Positions 23,538 through 55,109 are shown, numbered from the stretch's first letter. The stretch: DNA of 64,000 nt from Owenia fusiformis (GCA_903813345.2 CAIIXF020000001.1:6572001-6636000); one strand, 5' to 3'. Notes: generated from the sequence alone by a model not told the origin. Translations and numbers: made by a program.

Positions 23538-26500
23538 ATCATTATGATTCAAATATGAAATCAGTTATTTAAGAAGATGCCATTCAACATTGAACTATTC
23601 TACCACAAAATATGTTGTATATTGAAATTGAATTGCTGAAGTAAAGGAGGTGTTGCTGTTCCCAGAATCTTTTGTTCAAGTTTCAAGTGATTACTTTATT
23701 GGTAGATAACTTAATATGAAAATACCATAATGCGCCAAACTTGTGATCTGCCTTTTGCCTACCTCAACTTGTTGATCTACTATGTGACATTCATTCTCTC
23801 ATTTTACCTTATCATTTCTTCCTAATGTTTATGTGGCAGGCCCATAGCTAGGATTTTCCAAGAGGTTCATCTAAAGGGAAAGTGTTTGTGAAAACTCTCC
23901 AAACCTCTTGGGAATTAGTACACTTTTTAATTCAAGGCTGATTTCCAAAATAGCAATCTTAAAAAGATAAGGCCTAATTTTTTTATTCAACTTTGAACTA
24001 CAGGTGTGTATGGTGATGGCAATTTTGAATGTTGAGGATATGCGCTTTAATAATTATGGCCTATGGTGTAACTATCTGTTCAGTGTGCAATGTATTTTTA
24101 AATGTGAAGATGAAATCATTGTCATTACAAGGACATTTCCCCAAATAGGCTACCAATAAAATATATTCTCACTCATCTCATTCATCTACCAGAGGCACCA
24201 AATATTCTCCAAACAGCAAGAATGGATAGTACAGTCAACTGTGAGCCATGTTATATAGCTTGCATAACTTTAACAAACTATCACATTATACAGCCTTGTG
24301 TACAGTTTGTTTGACATGTATTTGTACTGTGTAATAAATAAAACATTTGAACAAAACCAAAAATTCCTTATGTGTTTCTAAATATTTATTATTTTTGAAT
24401 ATTACTGAATATAATAACAAAACCTTATATCGTCAACTACATGGACTATATGTTGTCAGTGTGTGTGAATTACAATAAAATACTTCATGAGATGGAGTAA
24501 CAACAAAATGAACATCAAATGCACTAATAAATGTCATGGTGTTAGGGGTCCTATAATCTGTAATTGCTTTAGCCATTTGCCATGATATGAACATATGTGA
24601 CATATCATATTTCCCTTGATTATAGGTGTAATTATAAATATTGTTCTACTTTCACATGGAGGTGGCTAATTGGATGCTGCATTATTTACTAGACTTGCAT
24701 TTGCTTTGCAACAACTGACTGATTTAACCTGGTTATTATGACATACAACCTTTAATAATTTTAATTTAATTTGTGAATTCTCCCTTACTGTAAATTGGAA
24801 AACATGGCCTTTACATTCAAATGATATTTACATATGTGAAAAAAAGCTAGCAATAATCTGGGACCTAAATCATATAAATGTCTTGGATCAATAGCACCAG
24901 CACCAGTGTAGATGTCCACCAGATGGATGACCATAATCTGATAACTGCAATTTTATAATGTTCATTAAAAATGAAAAATGGAAATTTCTCAGTTGGTGGT
25001 TTTATGTCACCACCAGAAGTGGGGACATTATTATAGTCTCTCAACCTTTTTCTGGCCAGTGTTTGGTGTTCAATGTCTGTAACAAATGGCATGTGGTGAA
25101 ATGTTGCATTAATGCCTTGTTGTTTTACATGTTTTATGATTCCTGGAAATAGTTGTGTGAATAGTAGACAACTGGATAAGTCATAACTAATAGGGAGTTT
25201 AAGCTGGAAACGTTTTTCACAACCTAAACGTGAACGGAAAATATTTAAGCAATTCATTTGTATGGGGGATTGGTCATACATATAGGTTGGCATTTCAATT
25301 TTAAAAGCAAGCTTAAACGCCCTATTATCTTGAAACAACTGAATTGAACCATGCTCCATTGCTGATCAGAGCAACTGCAGCCATAGACCACTGTTGAGAC
25401 CAATATGTGTCCTTTTAAAACTGATTCTTAAAGATACATTCTATATCTAACTCCAATTGGTGCGTTTTTGGACGAAAATCACAGATTACTAACATTTATT
25501 CTATTATATTATTTTGACTCTCAAAGAACATGCACACATATTTGAGTACAATTATATATAGATAATATTGGATAAAGTATATACATCTCCTGTATAATAA
25601 GCAAATCCTTTTCATATACTTTAATTTCATTTTGCAATCTGACTGATAATGCAGATATTTATACAATTAGCCTATATTAATAAACTGTATACATGGTTAA
25701 TTTGACCTCTGGATTTCGGGATTTTGTCCTTTGATACTTTTCACACATTTGAAGATTTTTGTGCAAAATGCCAAATTGAAATGAGTGCCCCATAAACCAT
25801 GCAACAGTATCAAGTACCGCTATAATGCTACATATACATTGTGACAATTCAATGTAAATATGATTTTCACCATAACCTAAATACTAATATGGTAAACATG
25901 TGAATAACATTATCTAAAGTTAACCAATGCCTTGATACAGAAATGTTCATGAACCTTATGTTACCTCAACTACTACAGAGAGCACAATCCTAAATGAAAG
26001 CACATCTAACCAGTCCTCTAAAATGAAGCTGTCTGAGTGATCAACTCTCGTGCTGTACCAATCTGTATTGCTACTGAGATTGTCCCCATTGATCATCTCT
26101 GTAAGAATACAGAAAATATTGGTACAGAGGAGACAATCTCAGTAGCAATACAGGGAATACAGAATATTTCCTTAATTCCAATAAACAAGGTTCATTTTAC
26201 AATCCAAATGAGGGAATTTGATAAAACCTTGAGATATCTACAGTATATTATGATTGTATTAAATGATTTAACCCCAGGGGCTAGGACTTGATGAATTGTA
26301 AGATGATTTAACGACAAATGTCTTGGACTGAGATTAAACCATTCACGATTCATTGAGTTGTGTGCTTAAATTCTTATAACACATTGCAAAAGATTTTGTA
26401 CAGTATCATTTAAAAAGAATAAATTTTTTGCAAGGTTTTCAAAGGTTAAATGGTCAAAATTAGGTCAACACTAACCATTTGGCATTTCACTTGCATAAGC

Positions 26501-27210
26501 ACCTGCCTTGCTATTCCTAGTGATATTATATATAGGTTTTCATTGAACTTATTACTTGAAATAATGAAATTGATGAGTGGGTATCAATTTCACTGAATCT
26601 AAAAATAACCATTCTTGGTTGTAATTTCAAGAATGAAGATTCTTTGAAGATTAATAGATTTCACTGTCAGACTGTAGATCATATATGACAATTGTCATTG
26701 CTAAAACTTGTATTCCAATATAGAATACAACAATTATATAAACTACAACCTTACAACCTTTTAACACACCATATATACTAACAAGACTTGAATAAATATG
26801 ATGTATATGTATGATAGATCCACTATATAATCTTCAATGTGATGGCTATAGTGGAGCATGGCTATCTCATAACTGATTAACATGTTTTTTGAAGATTGTT
26901 TATAGAACTTTTATATTAGAACTTAATTAGAAGATATAGCATGCATGGAGATTAGGAAGCATCTCAAAACTTCAATGTAGAATTCAGTGTAGATTACAAA
27001 GTCTATTTTTGACAATGCCAAACTTGGTTACTTGACCATAACAATAGGTCAGAACATTTTCATGATTTTCCAAATTCTCATCTAGGTGAAGCACCCAGTT
27101 AGTTGAATGCTGAAAGTGATAACTGCAAATCAATAATAACTACCATTCTCTATATACACTGTTGTCATACCCACATTAGTATATCTCACAACCCATTTAC
27201 TGAACAGAAA

Positions 27211-29352
27211 TTAAGCCTCAAAACTGAGTAAATAATCTTTCAATACCTCTGGTATTGGCAAGATTTCGACACGCCCTGCCAATCTGCGCCTCATGGCCAG
27301 ATAGATGGCAGACCTGGAGAGCTGTTTTAATGACCTTGGCTGGTGCTTCCCCCTATCTGTCATTATTTTAGGTTTGGGTGGAACAGCTTCCACCTTGATC
27401 CCTGGACATGTTGATGTGAACACTATGTTTATAATCTCCTGCCATTCTTCTGGTTTATAGCGATCATACTGTCCTGAGCTCAACATGGCAGTTGCGTGGT
27501 ACAGAATCGGGGGCCAGGGTAACCCCATTTGTGGGTTAGCCCCAAATCGCAAGAACAAGCAGATGATATTCTTAACAAGGTGGAATGGGATATGGCTTGG
27601 ACAATTAACAAATTTGAAGTACCAAGCTTCCAGGGCAACATTTGGGGGTCTGAATGGGGTGGCCAATGGTCCTGTAGGGATTGTATTAGGGTCACAGCCA
27701 CAATTCAACAGAACCTGAAGGATCTCATATAGACTAGATGCATACTCTTGAAACAGATCTCTGCCTTCAAAGTATGGATTATGAGTATGTAATAGAGATA
27801 CATAGTGATTCTCCACACGGTTGAAATATTCTAAAAGTTTATGTGGTAGAAGTCCATTGGCCTGGGAGCTATAATTGAAGCCCTTACCATGAAGTAAGAC
27901 AAGCATCTGACATATAATATCAACTTCTTCCTTGCGAGGTGAGTATTTCAAGAAGATCATCTGAAATCCATTGAGGAGTAACAGATCAACTACACTCTTT
28001 TCTTTCTTATTCAGGTAGTTTGGGTTAGAACCATTATTTATGAGAAGCACCATTATCTTCAGGGCAAGTGGATGGTTGAATCGTTGTTCACCATGAGGTG
28101 GCCGCATGCTCTCTAAGTACAAGCTGGGCTGGGCCTGAGGCATCTCCGGAGTGTCCATCAATACATGCATCGCCGTGTTTCCCTGCTTATTGATGATATT
28201 TGGATTGGCATTAGCATCGAGAAGGAGATTGATACATCGGATAAGTTCATCATCATAGGTTTCTGGTCTCTTCTGGATTAATTTCACTCCCTCAACCTGG
28301 ACGAGATATTCCGCTTGGATGTGAACATATCGGAGGAGAACATTCAATGCTGTATTTCCCTCACTGTCTGCTGTGTTGATATTCATGTGCAACCCACAGC
28401 TTAGCAGGTACTCTGTAATCTCTGCAATTGGGTGGAAAGGGTTGCAATTCTTGTACAATACATGAAGTAAAGTCTCCTTCTGGGGTGTTTTAACTTGGAC
28501 ACTGGCACCTTGGAGAACTAAGAACTCTGCAAATGCCTTTCCCTGGGCTAGCGCATAGTGTATCGGGTAGAGACCTTTATTGTCTTGTCTGTTAATATCT
28601 CCTGGACTGTTCTTGCAGAAATATTTCATACATTGGTATGAGCCTAGAGCACATGCAATATGCAGCATAGGAATGTCATGCATAAGTTCAGTGTCACAAC
28701 CATACTCTTCCAATAGAAGCTTGAGGCATTGCACACGTCCTGATGCTATAGCGTAATACACTGGGTAATCAAACTGGGCACTCTCACTGGCCTTAGAGTA
28801 TACATCAAAGTGACAAAACTTTGACCAGTTCTTCATTATTTCATTGTATCGATACTCATACTTCTTGTGCTTTTCTGGGTAGCAGACACAGGATATAACA
28901 TTAGTGTCTGCACCAAGTCTAAGGAGTTTGTTGATAATCTCAAGGTGCCCCAATTTACATGCTAAATGCAATGGCCTGCCACATATGGGATTATTAATAT
29001 CAGATCCAATTTCTATGAGATAGCTGACTATATCAGCTCTATTTACTATCACAGCATGTTGAAGTGCGTTGTAACCTTCATTGTCCCTGTATCCTAATAT
29101 ATGGGCCAAATTCGGAACATTCACAACTAAATTATGGATTTCATTTTTCGAAGCATTTTGAACAATTGCCTCCTTGAGTTTTTCTGCTGCATTGGCAATG
29201 TCAGTGATCTCAACATCAGTGAGCTTGATGTCTGGTTTTTGAAGGACATCTACTGTGTACCGCTCCACGTAGCTGGACGGGAGTCGACTCTGTATAATAT
29301 TCCCCATGAATTTGGCTGCTGCTAATAAAGTACTTTGAAGCCAAGGATACAT
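27211..29352 (-). CDS. Ankyrin repeat and SOCS box (ASB-type) protein, single coding exon
   Basis: 713-aa ORF with ankyrin repeats (GYNALQHAV, RPLHLAC, GLYPIHYA, GNTAMHVL) and a C-terminal SOCS box PRSLKQLSRSAI...LPIPEVLKDYL. Probable 5'UTR intron 29775-29399. Confidence 0.93.
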   Translation of the reverse strand: MYPWLQSTLLAAAKFMGNIIQSRLPSSYVERYTVDVLQKPDIKLTDVEITDIANAAEKLKEAIVQNASKNEIHNLVVNVPNLAHILGYRDNEGYNALQHAVIVNRADIVSYLIEIGSDINNPICGRPLHLACKLGHLEIINKLLRLGADTNVISCVCYPEKHKKYEYRYNEIMKNWSKFCHFDVYSKASESAQFDYPVYYAIASGRVQCLKLLLEEYGCDTELMHDIPMLHIACALGSYQCMKYFCKNSPGDINRQDNKGLYPIHYALAQGKAFAEFLVLQGASVQVKTPQKETLLHVLYKNCNPFHPIAEITEYLLSCGLHMNINTADSEGNTALNVLLRYVHIQAEYLVQVEGVKLIQKRPETYDDELIRCINLLLDANANPNIINKQGNTAMHVLMDTPEMPQAQPSLYLESMRPPHGEQRFNHPLALKIMVLLINNGSNPNYLNKKEKSVVDLLLLNGFQMIFLKYSPRKEEVDIICQMLVLLHGKGFNYSSQANGLLPHKLLEYFNRVENHYVSLLHTHNPYFEGRDLFQEYASSLYEILQVLLNCGCDPNTIPTGPLATPFRPPNVALEAWYFKFVNCPSHIPFHLVKNIICLFLRFGANPQMGLPWPPILYHATAMLSSGQYDRYKPEEWQEIINIVFTSTCPGIKVEAVPPKPKIMTDRGKHQPRSLKQLSRSAIYLAMRRRLAGRVEILPIPEVLKDYLLSFEA

Positions 29353-29775
29353 GTTATCTTGCGACGTCTACCAAGAGGCTCATTACACACCAATAATGCT
29401 GAAAGCAGAGTATATAAATTGTATATCATGACTAAACATTGCACTTTATTCTATTCTAGGTAAAGAATTTCATTGCAAATTATCAATCGTGAAAAAGCAA
29501 ACACAATTATCAATAAACAAGGAAGTTTTATGCTCAAATTGCCAGTCTTACCAAACATAATGAAGCTATTTCAAGGTCAATGTTTGTAATCTAAATCCGG
29601 GCGATATTATGTGAATGAAATTTAGGTTACATTTGTTTGGCAAATTCCAGCAAATGTTTTTATTACATCATCTAACAATGTGATTAAATATTGTCCCCAT
29701 ACACTATTTTTGTGCCTAGCGTTGTAATTATTGCGATTGGATGCTCAAAGCTATGGTAAATAATCATTTCTTTAC

Positions 29776-30058
29776 CTGTAATAATTTATCCAAACTCCAT
29801 TCTAAATACCGGAAGTGAGGTAAAAGAAAATAATTAGTTAGTTATTTGTCCACATAAATTAATTCATGAATTCTTCAAAATGTTAATTGATACAATGTTA
29901 TGATATTTTGATATCAATGTTCATTATATAGTAATTTATAAGACATGCCATACTATATCCACGCTGTCAACCGGTGTCCAAATGAGTCCATTTTCAATCA
30001 TTTTTGACAATTTATATTTTGATGAACTTTGAACTGACCTTGACCCTTTGACATCAAC
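29776..30058. promoter_or_regulatory. Bidirectional promoter region between the ASB gene and XYLB
   Basis: Minus-strand donor at 29775/29776, ETS ACCGGAAGTG at 29808, nuclear-receptor DR1 TGAACTTTGAACT at 30023 and TGACCTTGA at 30035. Confidence 0.65.
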
Positions 30059-47487
<17,429 letters not shown>

Positions 47488-47853
47488 TCTGAAAAGCTAC
47501 TAATAACACAATTCCAGAAAATAACATCCCAATTTACAGGACTTGAGCTTGAGTTGAAATAACTTGTATATTAGCCAAGGTGAAAGTATACAGTACATGT
47601 GTTTGGTTTTCAGCAGTACTCTATGAGTAAAAGATGTGCCAAAATTGTAGTCATTAAGGAAATGTATTACTATATCGATTTATGGTAAATGGAAGTAGCA
47701 TAAGTTTTGGTGTCATCTCCCCATTCCCCCTCTCGTTCTTAGCATTATTACTTGTTCTAAATCGATATATTGATGCACTTCCAAAAGGGCTTTCAAATAT
47801 TGAAAATGTTTAGATTTTCTGATATTGTAAAATATAAATTATATTTTTATATA

Positions 47854-48914
47854 CAGGGTGTCCGGAAAGTAAAGATACAAATACTCTAATTTTAATAGAT
47901 TTTGTTTTTTTGTAATGAAATTGCTACAGATTGTAGAGGAACTATATTACAATACATCTACCAACTTTTATAACATATAGTCTAAATGCGGTAAAGTTAT
48001 GGTTGTCATAGTTACGGTGGTGAGGGGTATGCGGAGCAGTTCCAGGATATCGCTAAATTGTGATGAATTGCAAAAATATAACCATTTGAAACAGTGTTTA
48101 TTATTGTATTTTTATCAATGTTTTGTTTTGTTCGATATTGTATTCTTGCTGCCATAGTATTTTCTTTAGTATAATGATATCATTGATACATATCATAACT
48201 ATATAATGTCACCAGTATAATCATAGAAAAAGTATATGAGTGCTTAGAAAAGGGGTCCCTGGATTAATAGGAAAGTCAACAGTCCACCTCCTTAGTCAAT
48301 GCACCAATTCACAAAGCAAAAGAAAACAAATCTTACAATTAGATGTCTTGACATTAAACCTCTTCGCACAATGGCCCATATTTCCCTGATAATGGCCCGT
48401 TGGACTTCTACATTATAAATGAATAGTTTAAAGCAATATTTGTTAGAAGTTCAACATAAAAATGAGACTCAGCTGGAAGCCAATGTTATCAGCAATCTTA
48501 GATATTGACAGCAGTGATTTTGTCAAGTCTTTGAATCTCCGGTCAAAATGCACAAAGAATATTTAGAAATACATACTGGATAACAGTAGTAGTGTCAAAT
48601 GAATAAATAATGTTATTGTACTAATCCTTTGCTGTTGTGGTACATAATCTGATGTATAATAGCAACAGACGATGGAGTGTCAAGATGATATGAACAAGTG
48701 AAAAGAATTATAAAACATAATTGTGACGCTGCTCCACATACCCGAGACTCCTGTTACCATAACAACCATAACTTTTTTATTTTGAATCAATTTGTCATGA
48801 CATTTACAGGATAAATTATTATAATGTCATTCTACAATCTGTAGCAATTTCATCTCACAACAGGTTAATCTATTGAAATTAGAGCATTTGTATCTTTACT
48901 TTCCGGACACCCTG
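47854..48914. mobile_element. Non-autonomous Tc1/mariner-type element between convergent XYLB and EIF2B3
   Basis: TIR CAGGGTGTCCGGAAAGTAAAGATACAAAT extending imperfectly ~190 bp; TA TSD. Confidence 0.9.
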
Positions 48915-50171
48915 TATCTACTTATTTTTATGGTGCTTCATTGTCAAGATTTAGGGACAAATGTAATTAATTGTACCAGTGTTTATGTATACTCATACAT
49001 GTACATGTCAGGCCGGTGTGAAAGAAATTATGGTCCCCTTTCTTAACGACCCTTACTGGCCCTGATTGCAAATATAATAAGGGAAAGAGTTGTATTTAGG
49101 TCACCATATAAATCAATGGAGAGTAGAACCATAATTTGATAGGACCTCCTACCCTTTTACACCGGTAGCCAGGATTTGCCAAGAAAAATTCAAGGGGGGA
49201 TTCACTTGTAACAATTTTGGTCCAAAAAATGGCCAAAATCACTTAAAAAGTGCTCAGAATGGTGAAAAACTGCATGATTTTGAAAGAATTTTTGGCCAGG
49301 GGGGTTCGCCTGAACCCTGCGAACCCCCCTGGCTACGGGTCTGCATGTTTATGTATGATTGGAAATGCTGTTTTGTTCCAATACATACAATACAATGGAA
49401 ATAACCAATAAATGATTCCTTTTCATTGCAATGTATTATATAGATTGTGTCAGTTATGTATTTACTATTTAGCATGTAAAATCCATTCAGTACAGTGAGA
49501 TAATTGATAAGTAGTTCATCTATCAACCTGCAAACAAGTTGTTTGTCTGTAGAATTTACTGGATTGAATGCCCTTGTATGAATCCTACTTGGTCATATGT
49601 TCATCATGTGTCCATCTGTTGGTTAAGTCTTCAATCACTCCCATGTGTCTTATAAGTCTAACTGAGAAGGATATTGCTCAACAGGTTTGGACCATTTACA
49701 AGTTAAAAAATCATACTCAGCTAGTAAGTAGGCACCCGAGGAACCTACTAAACAATATGAATGACAACCTAAACATGTTGCCTTGATTCTAATCAACAAA
49801 ATGGAAAATAACTTTGCACATGTTAAGGTTGCTCTTAGTGAGATCATAAGAGAAGAAATGAACATGTTTCGTAACAATGCAAGCAACAAAAGTAGGGAAG
49901 ACAGGAAATGCTATAACCATACCTCAGACTGTACGCCTTACCTAATCTGTTTAAATGATTGAATTTTACTGTTTCACTTTAAACTTTATACAGTTTCTGG
50001 CAAAATCCACATTTTCCAGTTGGAACATTTCATCAATTTAATAATAAAATGTACACACTAAAAGTAATTTACATTCTTGAATGTTTTATTCATATTCTAT
50101 TTTTTTGTTGTTGTCATAAGTTTTGAGAGACCCCAAGTATGATAAAATTTGAAAGTCTCTAATAATGTCTT

Positions 50172-53100
50172 TTAGAATTCCATCATTCTGTCCATATCTA
50201 CAAGCACTTCATTTGTGTGTTTACCTGAAATAAAGTGTACATCTGTAAATATATATTTAAAATAAATTGATTTAATAGGACCTGGAATTGATTGAGGCCA
50301 CCTATGTGAACCGTTTTTAAAAACATGGGCTTGTATGAATAAAAATCTCTAATAAATCTCTAATATAACTTTCATATCTGTAAATGAATTATAAATACAT
50401 CTACAGAAAACCTTGTCAAGTGTAACCGGTAACTGGTACACTCAGTCTCAAGATCCATTAAACTCATGTTCATTGAACCTCTATAAGTTAAACAACTCCT
50501 AAGAGAAACACTTGGAACCAAGGATGTTCAACTTTCACAGGTTTTACTGTCCAACATTATAGTCCTCTCGAGTACAAGTTTCTCAGGCTTCAGACTACTT
50601 TAGGATTACCATCTATTTTCAACAATCAAGTAATTCTCCCATCAGAGAGGGATGATATAAATACATGATATAGTTCACTTACTCATGTCTATTATGTTAT
50701 GTGAGGCTCCTACTAAACAATCCTTGAGTTCACTCCTAGCCCCAATGGTGCCATGTTCACATATAACACAGCCAGTAATGGTACTCCTGTAACAACATTT
50801 CCAAAGTGTAGATATTCATTAACTGATTAATGTCCATGTACATGGTAGACCAAGTAAGGTTGGACCTCTTGCATACTGACACTTTGCAAACAGATCCAAG
50901 GTCCTACTAAGCCCACTTTAATTATTCAATGTATACAGATAAGAAGAGTGGCCTAAAATCAATGCTCAACTTTGATTTGAACAAAATACACTTTGTTATT
51001 GTAGCCATAAGATCAATTTTGCAACTCCTAACATATATATGACACTTACCCTTCACTTATAGTGACATGGTTCATAATTACTGAATTTGTGATTTTCACT
51101 TTCTCTCCTATGCTGCAATGTTTTCCGATATTTGACCTCTTGACCCCTGACCTCTCCCCAACCTTGACCCCTTCAGCTACTATGCTATCAGGGCTGACTT
51201 GAGACTTTGACTCAAGGGTGGCTGATGGGTGGATATTTCTAGAATCTACTCCCCAGGTTGATATATGTTTTGGAACCTGAAAACAGATATTTTTGATTTT
51301 GTGAATCAATTAATGTAACAACGAGGTAACTGAGAGTTCAAAATATTTGTTGCAGATTGAAAATACATTAAAACAAATTATAACATCAGCTTGGAAAATA
51401 TAATATCATGTAGATTAAGACAAGGATGGCAAATCAAGACTGAATTTCTATGCAAACCTTGTCTCTATCTCTTTTAATTTCTTTAATAATCTGACAAAAT
51501 ACGTCATAATGGAAATATAGTGAACTCACCATTCTGTTGACTTCACAGAATGTTGCTAGGGTATTTGCTCTGATACAGATTCCTTCATTCATAATGTGCG
51601 TATAGCATCGTATCTTGTTGCCGTGGTAACAATCATCCATATCTCCCCTGTGATCATTCCATGTTGACATTTCATGCACCAAAGATGTCAGATCATCTTC
51701 CTTCACATAGTCATATATATCTAAATATAGACAATAAATGTTAAAGTAGTGTTAAAATAAAAAAAAATATCCTCTACATTGTGTACACAAAAAGTTTAGA
51801 ACATTTCATAAAAAATTTAGTTATTACATTTTCTATAAAAATTCAAAATGTGAGTGACTTAAGTGCCCCTTATGCTTATGGGAAAATATTTGGACCAGTT
51901 TGCACATGACATTAGAATCTTAAAACATAAAATATGGCAGTTTGCAGTGCATTCTACACATTTCAAAGGGAATGTCCCCTATGTCCCACATTAAATTCTA
52001 CACAAAATCACTTTTGATGTGTGATTGTGTGATAAGATGATAATTCTGAACATCATCATTGCAATCTACATTTTGGCCTTGCACTACCAAACTGAGTGAA
52101 GAATTTAGTATGAGACAGCCTCTAACCTTTCTTGATGCCTCCAGACTCCGCCTCTGTGTGCACCATACTATTCTCTGGGTCTGTGTCTTTAGGCTTTGGC
52201 TTGGAGAACTGCTTTCTCACAAGGTAGGGAATAAACTCCCCCTTTAATGTTGATATAGACCTAAACAATAACAATCCAATGAGGAACAATTTCCTGCATA
52301 CATATATTTTCACGAATAAGATCAAATTAAAATAATCCTTGAAAACTACTGTAAACTACTGTATATTTCGCTAATTTTCAGTTTTTGAAATTTCGCGGCT
52401 ATTAATTTCCGCAGATTTGTCATACAGGATCACTCTTTCGACTTTGATATCAGCCATGGTTGTTCCTTCACCCAATGATTTTGGCTTCTTATTAAGTCTT
52501 TTCGTTAGAATGTTCATTTTAATACAGTAATAATAATGATCTCTCTTCTAATTTCTCTTTTTCAAAACTCAAAATGTCACGTTTTTACCTATTATTGCCC
52601 AGCAGTTTCCAAAAACTCGCCAAAAGGGCGAAATATAGTAGTGAGCGAAAATTACTGGGAGTACATTACATGAAATATAGTTTATCTTCTAGGGAATATA
52701 TACATTTCAAAGTTTATATCTCATTCACAAAACATAAAAAATCATTAGGCCTAATTGTTAAATTCTATGATCTTGCAACAATTCCACCAGGTTTACCTGT
52801 CTGAAAGTAGCAGATCTAAGACCCATTTCTTCATGATGTATAAATGACCATCCATCAGGCGTGTCTGTATACGCATGTGTGGATGTCTGAAACAAGGGGT
52901 ATTATAGTCACAATTAGCATTTCATTTTCAAATAATAAAAGTTGATCAATGGACATTTTCCCTTAAAAGGAGATCTTTCAATTCAGAGGCAATGTATCGA
53001 TCTAAAGATAAAACATTCTTAACATAAAAGTACAGCATGTCAAACAATAATTACTCGTACTATATTAAATGTTCAATCTCAAGCAAATTTGTAACTTAAC

Positions 53101-54627
53101 AAAAGTATGTCTAGACCTTACATTTGAAAATGATATTTACCTTTTTAAAACTGATCTTCTGAATGAAACCTTTTCTTCATAGTCGGCTTCTGATGCCATG
53201 AACAACAACCTGTAACCCTTTTCATCTGTTCCAATGAAGTCCCTTTCTGAAGCAAAAAAATAGATACTGGTATGTCATGTATGTCACACTGAAAATTCAC
53301 ACAATAAACATGATATGATAAAAAAATTCAATTGAAAGTAAAATTCCAATTTCTATTTCAGCATGAACACATGTATGATTCATTACACTTTTATTTTTTC
53401 AGGAATTAAAATGAAAGTGATATTATCAAAGTTGTAGACTCTCTGTTTGTAAAGTGTGAAATCAGTGATAGATAGGAATTTCTTCATAAATGGTAAATGG
53501 ACATTACAGTATTTGTAAAAATTTTAATCAGAACATTTCAATTTTTAATTTTGTGTTCAACAATAACATGTAGATATCAATAGGCAAATGTGAAAAATAT
53601 AACCTATTTAAATAATCGGTAGTTACAATCATGAAAATTACATAGGTAACATCGTACTGATCTACAATGGATAATTGACATAGGTCTTACCTATTTTTTT
53701 CTTTTTAGTACCAGGGGATGGTAATTCTCCAGTAGGGTCAGGACTTGGGGCCATCAAACATGTGACTGTGGAGTCATATGTTCTGTGAATGTCTGCCAGC
53801 TTATGTAGAGCTAAGTCTGTTACGAGATCACAACTGATTACAAGCACATCAGTCTACAAGTACAACAGAAAATCAGTGGGAGAAAGACAAATTTCATTAA
53901 TTTTGCCATATAACATTCATTGTCATATACTATCACACATAGTTCACAAATCTGTTCTATTTCTAGGTAAATTCATAAATCAAAAAGTGCATTCTAAATT
54001 TCATTTTGAACTAGAGAGAACTGCAATTTATAAATGACCTGTATAGTATCATGAGGTACCTTTATTTTATCCTTGATATGCCTAAGAGAGTCTGCTGTTC
54101 CCCAATCTTCTTCATCTGGTATAGGAACTATATCCAGCTTTAGCTTTAGGTCACACATCTCTAGCACCTTTTGGAAGTCTTGTTTATATGTCTCTGTGAC
54201 AACCAGGATCACCTCTGAAAAATAATAACAAGTAAAAGATAATCATCGGTGGTTTCTCATGGAATTTTCCACTGGGTGCAAAATTCTAATTTAATTCATT
54301 CCAACTTCAAAATGTCAACCCAAAAAATGGTCAATGACAGTGTATTGCAATATTTCTTGATATTGAAAATGTTCAGCAAGGAGCAACTGCATGCAAACGG
54401 TTCAACAAGGTCCTGAGGTCCAGTTGCATGTCTCTAATCTATATATTATATATATGTCCAATTATGAAGTGTACCATACCTTCAAATCCAGCTGACTTGA
54501 GTGTGTGCAGAGGATAATAGACCATGGGGAGATTGGCAATGGGGAGGAGACCCTTAGGTGTCCCTGCAGTGAGATCAGTCATCCTGGAGCCCTTACCCCC
54601 AGCCATCACAACTGCCTGGAACTCCAT
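50172..54627 (-). CDS. EIF2B3: Translation initiation factor eIF2B gamma subunit (10 coding exons)
   Basis: Exons 54627-54480, 54214-54060, 53853-53691, 53246-53141, 52886-52797, 52260-52127, 51720-51530, 51276-51050, 50786-50683, 50224-50172. Motifs: [48 protein letters not shown] and C-terminal left-handed beta-helix hexapeptides. A non-coding exon ends at 55110; AATAAA at 50090-50085. Confidence 0.96.
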
Positions 54628-55109
54628 GTTGTCCAAAAATCTGCTACCTGCAAATGTAAATGCATATACATTATACAGTTATTGTGATCTATTCTTTCTT
54701 TTTTCAAAGATCATTTGTGCTACACAAAATTGAATAAACAATGAAAGATTATGAGTATTTCAAAATTTACAGATTAGCAAAAGCAATGGGATTTTGACCA
54801 TTCAGATTTGGGCCAATGGGATTCGGACCAATGTGATTTGGAGCAATGGGGTGACCCCTCCAATACTTGAATAGTTGGGTGCATCGTTTCATGACTCAAG
54901 TCTACATTCTTGGACTGAGTAGGTATCACAGCTGTAGTCAGTCTCAGACTGAAAAAATGTGATGCAACAAAATTTCATATGCAATTGCAATTGGAATAAA
55001 TTTCTTTCATTCGAAGCCTCTATCAAAACGTAATAGGGCTTAATACAGTGACATATCATATGCTGACACGAATGAAGATTAAATTTTAGTTAAATAAATG
55101 ATACATTAC

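Noticed and set aside
27480-27732. Short ORFs overlapping the ASB gene
   Set aside because: Shadow ORFs in alternate frames of a real, GC-richer CDS.
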